A stretch of 64,000 nucleotides of DNA from Callorhinchus milii (lineage: Eukaryota): positions 7,998,001 to 8,062,000 of the forward strand of contig NW_024704765.1 in NCBI RefSeq assembly GCF_018977255.1, in the 5' to 3' direction. The position numbers were made by a program, and so were the translations under genes. The notes under the pieces are model-generated. The model was not told where the DNA came from, ran no database searches, and was given only the letters and a program-made list of their open reading frames with translations. How positions within the stretch are numbered: position 1 is the stretch's first letter; every line of letters starts with the position of its first letter. This document shows positions 1-10,700 of this stretch, piece after piece.

Positions 1-797
1 TTTTAATCGAGGGGTGGGGTTGTTGACCAGACACTGGGGAGAAATTCCCTCCTCTTTCCGAACAGCGTGGAGGGATCATTGAGGCAGATTAGACAAAACC
101 TCAATTTGTAGCGAGGTAGAGAGTCTGGCAAGACTCAGGGTATTTCTTTTGAGTTCTAATCAAGGCAGAAAGGCACAGAATCTTAAAAGGGGACTCAATT
201 AAATCCAATATTCATGCCTAATTGTCCATCATTACAGAAAATGGATTTTAGTAGCATTGCAGCTCTTTGTGATTAGTTCTTAATTGACTATCAGCAGGAG
301 CCTCAGCATCGCAACTGATTTCCATATGAGCTCGGGAAGATTGCTTTGGGTGAGGGTGTTTGACATTACTTACATGATTCAGAATTGCTGAAGTATAATA
401 AACAGATTTATCAAAACAAAAGATGTGCAAAGACTATTAACGACTCACCAGCTTTCTCGTCTCAGCTCAGATCGTTCTCTGATGATTAATTACCGAGCCA
501 CAGAAGTACTGAGGTGAATTGTGGCGTTAAATGAACAGGCTTCACTGTTTCAGCTTATGCTTTTGCGCATGTAATCAATGAATGTTTCAAGTCTCTGCAC
601 TTTGAAAAATAACAGTCTTTCAGCCTGCTCCGCACCACCCCCCCCCCCCCCCCTCGCCCCACACTCCCCCATCTGAAACCTTTAAAAGAATATTCACAAG
701 TAATGATCATCAAGTGGCTGCTTTTTGTAAGCAAATGCAGTGACCAGTTTACTTGCAGCAAGAGCCAGGAGCTGAATGATGGACTGATCTGGAGATT

Positions 798-1000
798 ACA
801 ACAACAAACTGCATTTATACAGAGCCTTTCATGTCGGGAGGGCGTCCCAAGGTACTAGACAGACGAGGGTTTGCAACCGAGCTGGGAGGGGGTGGATTCA
901 AGAGCAGAGAAGGTGAGACGAGGGGAGGCTAAGGGATTCCAGGGTGGAGTTTCAAAGAGTGGGGAATTATGCTGTAAAAAAAAAGGCAGAATTTAGGAAT
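798..1000 (-). mobile_element. L2 LINE 3' end with (GTT)n tail
   Basis: Plus strand ACAACAACAAACTGCATTTATACAGAGCCTTTCATGTCGGGAGGGCGTCCCAAGG followed by purine-rich L2 3' sequence. Confidence 0.65.
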
Positions 1001-1239
1001 GGTCGAGTTCCGATCCCTTGAAGCCATGTCCAGGTTGGTCTACAGCATTAATAATAATCACCACGGTGCTGGGGGCCATCCAGCCCCGACTAGAGGTAGT
1101 ATAAAAAAGAGCAACAAACCTCACTTCGAGAAACTGTGGCTCCACAGGCTATACTGTAAACTGCAGTGACTGTTGTGTTTTGTAGGCAAACACACAGCCA
1201 ATATTGCGAACAGCTGTCTCTCACAAACAGCCACGAATC

Positions 1240-1392
1240 CTAGATAATTATTTGGGGAGGATAAGTTTGCAGGGCTATGGGGAGGGCGCGGGGGAGTGGG
1301 ATTGATTTGGATCGCTCTTTACAAAGAGCCGGCACAGACAGGATGGACCGAATGGCCTCCTTCTGTGCTGTATAATTCTATGATTCTATGAA
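1240..1392 (+). mobile_element. CR1 LINE 3' end
   Basis: GGATGGACCGAATGGCCTCCTTCTGTGCTGTATAATTCTATGATTCTATGA, the CR1 3' UTR and octamer-type tail. Confidence 0.8.
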
Positions 1393-3499
1393 GTGAGCGA
1401 CTGATTTGACCTGGAGGGGATCGCCATTCAATCCTAAACACACCTTGCCGGTGTTACCTCTTTAATAGCATGCGTCAAAGCTAAGGCAATGCTCGCTGAG
1501 CCTTTTCAGATACACAAACGAGAATTCTCAATTACTCCCATTTCAGTCCATTCTTTGAGAACATATTGTGCTCTTCTCTCTCTCTCTTTCTCCCCCCCCC
1601 CCCCCCCCCCATTCTCCCTCCCCCGAATATTGCCACCTACATTTACACCACTCTCCTGGCAACCTGCGATAATAGCTCCAGTTCTGCATCTCAGCCTCCA
1701 GAAAAGGACTTAACAATTCTACTCGAGCCCGTGCACAGGGAAAAGGGGAAACAGGGAGAGAAACAGGGCGAGAAAGAGTAATAATGATCACATTCAGAAG
1801 CCTCCTCAATTCATCAAATAAATAAAAAGGACAATGCGTTCAACACGTTCCTGCAAAAGGGAATGGACGAGATGAAGGGAAAGAACACGAGAGAGAGATG
1901 GGGTGGGGGTGGAGGGGTGGGGAAGAGGGGGAAATAGACTTGTTATACTCACACAGTTCACCTCTCCGTTTTGCGGGAGGAAGCTGCAGGTGGGAGACAG
2001 CTGTCGAAAGCCTCCGACACAGCACCTCTGCCACTTTTCTCAAACTGCTGCTGAATTAGCAGCCGTGCATTCAGATGCAAATCGCCTTTAAGCACGCTCT
2101 CCCCGCCGACTCGCACCGGAAAATCTCGGGGACTTTGCCAGAGGTGGATCAGAATCCCAAATGCAGCCAGGGACCGATTTGAGGTGGGGGGCGGGCGGGC
2201 GGGGGTGGGGGGGGGGTGAAGAGGGGGGAGAGAGCTCGCTCGATTAGCTGAAATGACACGTGCAGATGGCAGTGACGGTCTGTGTCACACACACATACAC
2301 ACACACGCACACGCGTGCCTGCCTGGTGACACTCATCAGTTAACTTTCAAGTGGATCGGTTCCTTGCTTTGACCATTTATAGTGATGTGCATAATCGAAT
2401 TTGCTGCGGCTGCCGGGCTCAGCCGGTAGCATTGTCTCTCTCTTGTTTGCTTCTGGGTCAGGAGGTTTGGGGGTTCAAGCCCCCGCGTCAGGACTTTTGA
2501 GCTCACAGTCTAAAGTTGACTCTCCAGTGTGTGTGTGTGTATATATGTTCTGAGATGCTGCCCTGTGGAGAGGGTGTTGCATAAGTGCAAGTTGTTGGTG
2601 TGCACGTGTGTGTGTGTGTGTGTGTGAGACACAGAGAGAGAGAGAGAGGTTCCATTCTTTTAACTTGTGGATTGTGAATTTCAATCACAATTTCAGCGAC
2701 CACGGAAATCTCTGATCCCACTAAACTGCCAATCAAATTTGCTTCACGGAATCGGTCAACATCCACCAAATTTACCCGTGTTTTTGAGGGTGTTAAATTT
2801 CATCTCTCTTCCCTCCGACGGTCTGTGTTTTGACTGGAGTGGTGGTGGTGGGGGTGGGGGGGGGGGGGGGAGGGGGCGGGAGGTGAACCTTTAAAAAAAA
2901 AGTTGATTTAGTGGATTTAACAAAAAAAACAATTGTTTCTTACCAAAAATTTCTAAATTTAGAAAGCGTTGGACTGGGGTGGTGGTGGGGGGAGCGAGCG
3001 CCTGGCTCTCGCCTATATTCGGTTAAGTGGCCCCACTTCACGTGTGAGTCTAGGTGACAGAGGGTCAAGTGGCTGACATACCGTCATTGTAGACTTTGCT
3101 GGGTCCAAACTTGCTGCCAGATTTTTGCCCACAAATGAATACAGTCGTTTGCACTTGACAGCAATTACCTACGAAGTGCTCTCTTTCTCGCTCCCCCTCT
3201 CTGTTTCTCTTCCCGTTTTGCCCGCACCGTTGTTGCTGAACCATTTGCCTCTTCCCTCCCCGAATCCAACGAATACCATTTACTAGTGGTTGTAATTGGA
3301 CTGCAGAGCGGAGGTGTGAGAGCTCCCCAGGGTAATTAGCTCACTAAACACTGCCAACACACACTTTTGCTATTTCAGGCAATCAGAGTGTTATGGCAGA
3401 TCAAAAATGGAGAAGCATCATCATCATTATCATCACGTTCACATTATCTGTACACACAGGTCCAGTGTTTGGTCACTGATCGCTTCGAAACACCACCAA

Positions 3500-3925
3500 C
3501 AATAATAATTATCCTTGCCTTATCACGTCTTCTAGACGTCTTAAAGCGCTTCACAGAATATACAGTAAAGTGAATTGACTGTACATTTTGTGGGCGAAAC
3601 ACGGCAGCCAATTGTGCACAGCAGTGTCCCACAAACAGTCGTGGATTAAGTGACCAAATTATTCTGTTGGAAGGGATTATTATTAATTACCCTCTGAGTG
3701 AAAGGACTTTCTCTCTCCCCACCAGTGTCCTTGGCCAACAATCTCCCCAAAGAAAAAAAAACGGCTGTTCACTTCGTGGCTGTTTGTGGGGCATCCTGTG
3801 TGCAAACTTGCTGCCGTGTTCGCCTACAAGAGCCACAGTCACTACACTTCACAGAGTCTGTTGTGAAGCGATTCGAGATGTGCTGATGTTAAAGACTCTG
3901 TACCGCAAGGATTACTTTATAATCA
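3500..3925. mobile_element. Two SINE 3' fragments in opposite orientation (minus ~3500-3690, plus ~3700-3925)
   Basis: Both carry the TGTTTGTGGG...GTGTGCAAA.TTG.CTGCC core and the AAGCG(C/A)TT.GAGA tail. Confidence 0.75.
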
Positions 3926-5001
3926 GAAATTCCTTCTACCACCCCCCCGCCACCCCACCCACAATTTTTTTCTGTAAACAATCCAGAGGCCGTACCCTCT
4001 TGTCACACTAAATGAATTAATTTCCCTTTCCCCACCACCCACCACTTACATCCCCCCTCCTCCCCCCACCCCCATCATTTACCTTATCGCTCCTCTTCAC
4101 AATCTGTTCAGAGACCTCAGAAAAGGAGCTGAAAGACACTTCACACAACCTGGCAAATTGACTACAATGGCAGCATGACACCCGCTTTATGCTGTATGTA
4201 AAACGACTTATTATCATTCCGTATTCGCTAACCCGAAAGCGTGATTCACAAAGTCCTTTGATCATCTGTTCAAATTATTCAAATGTGCAAGGATTGGAAT
4301 CTGCAGAAACAAGGTGATCAGGCGACCGGGTTTGTGAGGCGGGGGTGGAGGGGGAGGGCGGGCAAGGAAGGGGGGGGGGGGGGGTTCGGGGAGAGGTAAC
4401 CTGGCCGAGGTACTTAAGATTGCGAAGGGTTTGAAAATTCTTTGATTCAAGTTTTTCTGCTCGGTACATAAAAATTCAATAACAATAAGACTTTGTGTCA
4501 GACTAACGAAAGACTGAGTGAATGCAGGAGATGTGCTTTTCTTTAGTTAAAAGGCAGAGAACAACCCTTTTATTCGGTACACTGCTAATAACACTCAAAT
4601 GCAGCAAAGTGCTTTGTAGGTGTGCGTTGTGAGAGAGACAGACAGACGCTGGCACTGTGTGCGTGTGTGTATAGACTGTATGTCGGGGTGACGGAAGGAT
4701 GGGGGGGGGGAAAGAAAGAGCGGGAGAGACCAGCGTAGAGCACCCGCTTACACGCTTAGAACACGGGTTCGTCATACATCCCAATCAGCAGCGCCCCATA
4801 AACAGATCACCAGCAGCAAAGTGGGCAGGGAATGGCATTTGCAGGAAGGTGGGTGTTTTTATTCCGAGCTGCTCACGTGGATGGACCCAAACTTCAATTG
4901 CAATTTCTGTCCACTTCTTCCACACACTCAGTGCTGATAATTAGAGGAATGCCTAACTGCCCTGACAACGAGCCATTATAAGTGTTTGCACTTGAATTTT
5001 T

Positions 5002-5011
5002 TTTATTTATT
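5002..5011 (-). terminator. Candidate overlapping AATAAA polyadenylation signals for TTC34
   Basis: Plus-strand tttatttatt about 1.1 kb downstream of the TTC34 stop. Motif match only. Confidence 0.3.
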
Positions 5012-5067
5012 CAGTGATACCCTGTGTGCCAGAAGGTTAAATAACAGAATGAACCCTCAGAGGAGGA

Positions 5068-5270
5068 ATAATAATAATAATAATAATCCTTGCACTTGAT
5101 ATAGCGCTTTTCACGTCGGGAGGACGTCCCAAAGCGCTTCACAGAACACACTGTAAAGTGAATTGACTGTATATTTGTGGGCGAACGCGGCAGCCAATTG
5201 CGCACAGCAATGTCCCACAAACAGTCGTAGATTGAATATGACCAATTTATTATTATTTTTGGTTTGGGAG
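5068..5270 (-). mobile_element. SINE 3' half with (AAT)n tail
   Basis: (AAT)n-CCTTGCACTTGATATAGCGCTTTTCACGTCGGGAGGACGTCCCAAAGCGCTTCACAG on the plus strand. Confidence 0.8.
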
Positions 5271-5284
5271 GGATTATTATTAGG

Positions 5285-5400
5285 CTCTGTGTGGAGTAAG
5301 GAAACTTGCCCAAGGTTTCGCCCTCTGCCTGGAATTGAACTCAGGTCTCTCGCTTGCAAAGCGAGTGCTCTAACCACTGAGCTACAGGACGCCACAATGT
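5285..5400 (-). mobile_element. Second SINE family: tRNA-Ala(TGC)-like head
   Basis: Minus strand GTAGCTCAGTGGTTAGAGCACTCGCTTTGCAAGCGAGAGACCTGAGTTCAATTCCAGGCAGAGGGCGAAACCTTGGGCAAGTTTCCTTACTCCAC; related copy at 62735-62912. Confidence 0.7.
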
Positions 5401-6116
5401 GAGAGAGAGAGAGAGAGGTTTCGAAATGATAAGGCGCTATGTCAAATTCAAGGAGAGAGAGAGAGTGTGTGTGTGTTTGAATTAGATGGAGACAGCACAC
5501 TGAAGAAGTTTACTCCAGGCAAAACACATTAATTGGGATTAGACAATATTCATAAGATCAAAACATGAACATTACGGGATTGAAATTCCCATCTGGGTCC
5601 AAATCCGGCATTTCGGAGCATCAGGAATTTTTGGCAAATTGTTGAACTCAGTCTCAGCTTTGAAGTAGATTTTCCTGCGTTTTCTTAAATGCCTTACAGA
5701 AAAGCGGCTTCGAAATTAAGTCTGGATTTAAAAACCTGCCAAATTTGGGGGCTTTAGAAAGCCGACGTGCACAGAGTACAACCTCGTGTCGGGTGGAGTT
5801 CCTCGATCAGGCAGGAACGGACCATTGTGCCAAACAAAATTGTCAAGTCCCTTTCAAGTAGTCAGGGGTTCAAACGGAGGAGGGTTGTTGTTGAATGCTG
5901 AGGTCATGGAGTTTGCTGCCTAGTAATAAGTCACAGAGAGACACACACGCACACACACACACAGTTGAAGCTTTCCTCGTGGCGCTAAATTGCGACTCAC
6001 ATCGAGACGGTCTGAAAGGCGTCGCACAAGAGGTTTGCCTTAGCGGTTCAGAACTCGTTCTCTGGGGCTCGATCAGCACCAAAATCCCGCAGGCCATCAG
6101 TCGTGGGGAGGTGCTG

Positions 6117-6625
6117 CTAGTGAACCACACAGCCTGAAGCTTCCCGCTTGATCCTGGCCTTCAGCCTCCTGAGCTCAACGTTGGCCTCGTCCACCACCAT
6201 CCCACTGTCCGCCAGGCGCCAGGCGTCCTCGAAAAGCCCCCGCTCGAAGCTGCTCAGAGCCGCGTGGTGGAAGCGCTGGGACAGGCTAAGCCGGCCCGGC
6301 CTGCGGGCGATGAGGGCCAGAGCCGCCGGCCGGTCCAGGCGCAGAGCCTCCGCGTAGTCCTCGCACGCCTCGCGGTCCGGAGGACGAGGAGCCGGACGTG
6401 GCCCCTGGCACAGTAATCTTCCACTGGCTCGGGGGAGCGACCCTGCTCGATGAGCTGGCTCAGGTCGCCCAGGGCCCTCTCGTACTGCTTCAGCCTGGCC
6501 AGGCACGTCGCCCGTGCACGCACGTACCTCGCCCTGTCGCTGGCCAGCACGGCCAGAGTGTGACACCTCAATGCCTTCTCCTGGCGATTTTCTTTGGCCA
6601 AGGCGTTCGCCTCCTGAGACGCCAC
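6117..6625 (-). CDS. TTC34: TTC34 terminal coding exon with apparent 1-bp frameshift near 6378
   Basis: Acceptor gtttgggtgtggcag|GTG (phase 0); stop TAG at 6119-6117. The 5' part reads VASQEANALAKE...RATCLARLKQYERALGDL...EDYCARGH; the 3' part, in another frame, reads DREACEDYAEAL...LRRLKARIKREASGCVVH*. Length is 509 nt, one short of a multiple of 3. Confidence 0.88.
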
Positions 6626-7574
6626 CTGCCACACCCAAACATACAAGAGAATCAAGTTCACGTTAGTCCGGTCTCCTGCTTGTCCCTCGTCCCCTCCCGC
6701 TCCACTCCTCTCCGCTCTCGGCAGACGCACTTTTAGCCACCACTCCCTCTGAAGCTTTGGAATTCTCTCCCCCTCTCCCCGCACCCCTCCACCGTGCCAA
6801 CCCCTTCCCCTCTTTTAGAACGCGACTGACGACCTTCCTCTTTGTCAGCGCTTACCAGCCGCTGTTAAGCGCTCCGATACACTGCCCCGCACGAAAGGGA
6901 GCGCAAGTTGCTGTTGTGGCTTTCGTGGTTGTTTGAAGGTTACCGCGCTGACTTGTGGGACCTGGGCAGAGGAACGGGAACAATTCCAGATGATTGCCAT
7001 TAAAATGCACCAGGAGTAATGTGTATAGCTCTGGTCACCGTGACATAAAGGGGACATGGGGCCTGCTCAGGCCCTAACAGGCCGTGCAGAGAAGAACGTT
7101 AAGATTGATCACCAGCTTCCCGTTAAGAGGAACAGACTTAAGAACATATTCGAGAGGACCCTGACTAAAACAAAGGGGCTCCGATCTTTTCCAAAAATGG
7201 GCCCCAGTGAAAGTTGCAGCAATTGAGAGTCAATCAGGGTAATTTGGAAACCCCATTAGATATTCCAAGCTTCAAGAAGATATGTTGGCAGAGCTCCCAG
7301 AACTTCCTGGAAGAGTTCCAGTGACAGTGTTTACCCTCTGGCTCTCTCAGTCCCACACATTGCTTTGGTGCAATTTACACGTTCCACGCAGGGCCTCTCC
7401 GTTTGCCTGGCAACCCTACCTTTGCCAATCAAGGACCCAAACTCAGCTGCTCCGCCCCTTACCTGTGGAACTCACTCTCTCCCTCTACCACAGGGCTGCG
7501 AAAAGGTGGAGTGCTCTGCCCAGACGAGTTGAAGAGGTGGACTTAATGGGGAAGCTTATACAGACAGAGAGTTA

Positions 7575-7690
7575 AGCAGAAGAGGTATTAAAGGGTATGG
7601 CATTGGAATTAAAGATTTGCCAAGATCTAATGTAGTGGAATAGACTTGATGGGCTGAATGACCTCCTTCCATGCCTGATCCTCTTTGATT
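7575..7690 (+). mobile_element. CR1 3' end
   Basis: AAAGGGTATGG...GACTTGATGGGCTGAATGACCTCCTTCC. Confidence 0.6.
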
Positions 7691-9830
7691 TGATCGTTGA
7701 GTAACCGCAGGGTTAAAGACTCTCGGGAGAGTCAGATATTTTGAATTACAGTAAGTCTGGGAGCCGCTGTAGAGAGAGGTGAGAGCTTCAAACCAAATAA
7801 GGAAAATAAGGCACTGGTTCCTATACTTTCCTGTGATGAGTTGTATTGCCAGGAATGTGACAGGGAGCACAAGACTAAGACGGACAGCCCCTAGGCCTGC
7901 TTTCTCAACTACAACCACTGGATGAAAACTATTTATTGCTATTCCACACCACTAAGGGTTTGCTCTTAAATAAATAAAGTCATGAGTTGGAAGAATCAAC
8001 CTAGGGTTGGCCCGCTCAACAACGACCTGATAAGAAGGGGGTTAAAAAAAAAGTTTACTGTGGCTCGGAATCTGAAATAAGTAAAGAACTCACATTTGTA
8101 TAGTACTTTCATCACTTACGATGCACCTCAGAGCGCTTCATGATTAACTGCTGTCGAGTACAGTGCCCTGTTTTTTTTAAAAAAAAGGCAAACGCAGAGG
8201 CCATTTTTCCCACAACAAGGTCCCACAAACAACCTCGAGGTGAACGGCCGACCTATCTGTAGGATTACCGGCTCGGACAAGATGGGAGAAGGTCTCCTTG
8301 CAATTAGAGTCAGAGTCAGTAAACCTAGCCTTGTGTCTCAGTCACTGTGTACATCCAAACCTTGGGCTTTCACAAACACCCAGTGCTATAAGGGAACCAG
8401 AGTTACGGCCTGAGTAGAACAGTAATTAGCCTTGAATCCCCTCGCTCTGCCACCACCACCCAAAAAATCTTCACTGTGCAAAATAGCAACCACGTTTGCC
8501 TACACCCCTCCCTCCCCACCCCACCCACCCCCCAGATAATACTAGGAGGAGCTCCATGTAAAGTGCTTTACGAGGTTACACAAATGCTGGTTCATGTACT
8601 TCGGTTGATTTAGGCAGAAAAATAGTTACTGAAGCAACTCCTGAAAGCTGGAGGAGCCTATCCATCCCATAGGTATGACGGATTAGGTATTAGGTTTACT
8701 AGCTCCCACCCACAACCCTTCAGAGAAGGGGATTATCTTCATCAATTAACTCCGCGCTACAGAGCACTGGGAAATAGAAAACAAGGAGGACAGGACGTTA
8801 AGCAGGAGGCAGTTTCGTGCCTGTTGTGCAGATACTGGACAATAATAATGATAATAATAATAATCACAATAATGCCATTCGCCTAGAACTTCAAAACACC
8901 TCAAAAGAACTTCACAGAAATTGCCGCCAGAGTATTTTTAGGTGAAAGCAATGGCCATTTTGTGCACAGCAAAATTCCCGCAAACGTGACTCAAAGCAAT
9001 CGACCATTTTCTCTGGAGGGTTGTCGGGCCCACACAGCGGGAGAGAAACTCGCTTCTCTTTTCTAATTGCGACACGTAATCGTCAGCAGAGCCTTCGGGT
9101 TTAAGGTCTCATCCGAAGGACGGCATCCATCAACGAGGGAGGCAGATTTCTGTAGGTTATTGTACGTGGACCACCAATGGGGCAAAACTCTTCACAACAA
9201 GTCAGACTCTTATAGTTGTTGACGGAGAGGAGGTGGAGAGAGGGAGGGAGGGAGGGAGGGAGAGAGAGAGAGAGAGAGAGCGCAAACTCAGAACCTTTAG
9301 TGCAACACTGATGGATAGGTCACATTGCTCATTAATTCACCTGCTGCAAAAGCACACTCTGCCTCCCCGACTCCACTTTTAAATCAATCACTTCAATAAA
9401 CAGCAGTCCATTATACTAATTAGCCGACGCTTTTAACGCCAGAAGCTCATGGCTAAAAACTTTGCAGAGAGAGAAAAAGAGAGAAAGGGGAAAACAGCAA
9501 ATAATAAATGGTGGCACTTTGAGTCTGAACTGCTGAGGCCTATACACAGTCACATACAAAATGCACCTTACGGTAAATCCTGTGAAGGGCTTCGAGACGT
9601 CCTCTTGACGTGAAAGACGCCACGAAATGTGCAGAAGTCGTAGTAAATGTATGGTCCCAAATAATACGACTCGTGTGAGATTTACTGTTGTTTTCTGGAT
9701 GAAGGGGGACACGTTCTACTGAATTAATGATAGAATAAACAACCCCAGTTGCGAGGTGGCTGAACGATAGCTAGGAAGCGCTATGGTGTGGGTTGGGAAG
9801 AAAAAGTTCCAAGTCTACGATCTCTCTTAC

Positions 9831-10045
9831 CTGAGCGATGAGGCGCCGCACTTTGATATCCAGGAATCCCAAAAGAAATCCCAAATCCCGGTTGTCCCTC
9901 TCGGCCAGGGAGCTGAGGTTCTGGGTGGCCAGCTGTAGGTTGCCCTTGGTGGCCTGGATGATGCCGTACCTGGCCTTGGCGCACACATTCCCGAGGGAAG
10001 TCCCGAAAGCCTCCTGCAAGTCTCCCAAGGCGTCTTCGTACATTC
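9831..10045 (-). CDS. TTC34: TTC34 coding exon
   Basis: Acceptor ggatttcctgcag|GA (phase 1), donor CAG|GTAAGA (phase 0), 215 nt. Encodes MYEDALGDLQEAF...AKARYGIIQATKGNLQLATQNLSSLAE...RRLIAQ. Confidence 0.92.
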
Positions 10046-10156
10046 CTGCAGGAAATCCGACCCAGGTCAGTCAGGATCGCAGGTAATAAGAACATCAGAA
10101 TTGCTCGACCAAAGTAGCGTATGTAGTGATTATGTGTTTACGGTTCGCAAACCCAC

Positions 10157-10430
10157 CTTCAGCAATTGATATGTCGACGCCCAGAAGGTGCCAGGCTGGA
10201 TTATTCTCATCGATGGTGAGTAGAGATCGACTGATCACCTGAAGATTGAGCAGCTCCTCTGGAGCCAAGCTCCCTCTGTTAGCCGCTTGGGCCCCAGTCA
10301 GGCTCCTAGTGCAGTGCTCGTGCAGCCAGCCTGTGATCAGGGCCTGGGCCTCGGGCCTCAGAGACTGCACCTCACCGAGAGCCAGGGTCTGGTCCGCCTT
10401 CAGAGCCAGGACCATGTCCTGAACCGCTTC
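10157..10430 (-). CDS. TTC34: TTC34 coding exon
   Basis: Acceptor tcttccttctgtttggcgcacag|GAA (phase 0), donor G|GTGGGT (phase 1), 274 nt. Encodes EAVQDMVLALKADQTLALGEVQSLRPEAQALIT...NPAWHLLGVDISIAE. Confidence 0.92.
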
Positions 10431-10444
10431 CTGTGCGCCAAACA

Positions 10445-10700
10445 GAAGGAAGATTCAGAACGAATCTACGGAAAAGCTACTTCAGTGAACGAATAGTAAA
10501 CCCGTGGAACAGGCTCCCTCGGGAGACGGGAAATGTTGATTCCTTCAAACTCAGATTGGACAGTTTTCTTTTAGGAAATAACATTACAAGATATAGTGCA
10601 TCGGTAACTCGGGACATATGTGCAAACAACCACCAGGAAGGTGGAAGACATACTCGGTAGAACATGGTCTCTTTTTCGTCCAGTATTTCTTATGTTCTTA
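10445..10700 (+). mobile_element. CR1 ORF2 C-terminus and 3' end, antisense to TTC34
   Basis: GRFRTNLRKSYFSERIVNPWNRLPRE..VDSFKLRLDSFL matches the CR1 ORF2 end; tail TTTCTTATGTTCTTATG. Confidence 0.85.

Noticed and set aside
5291-5400. tRNA-Ala(TGC) gene
   Set aside because: The D- and anticodon arms fold, but the acceptor and T stems have several mismatches and a SINE body follows; it is a SINE head, not a tRNA gene.
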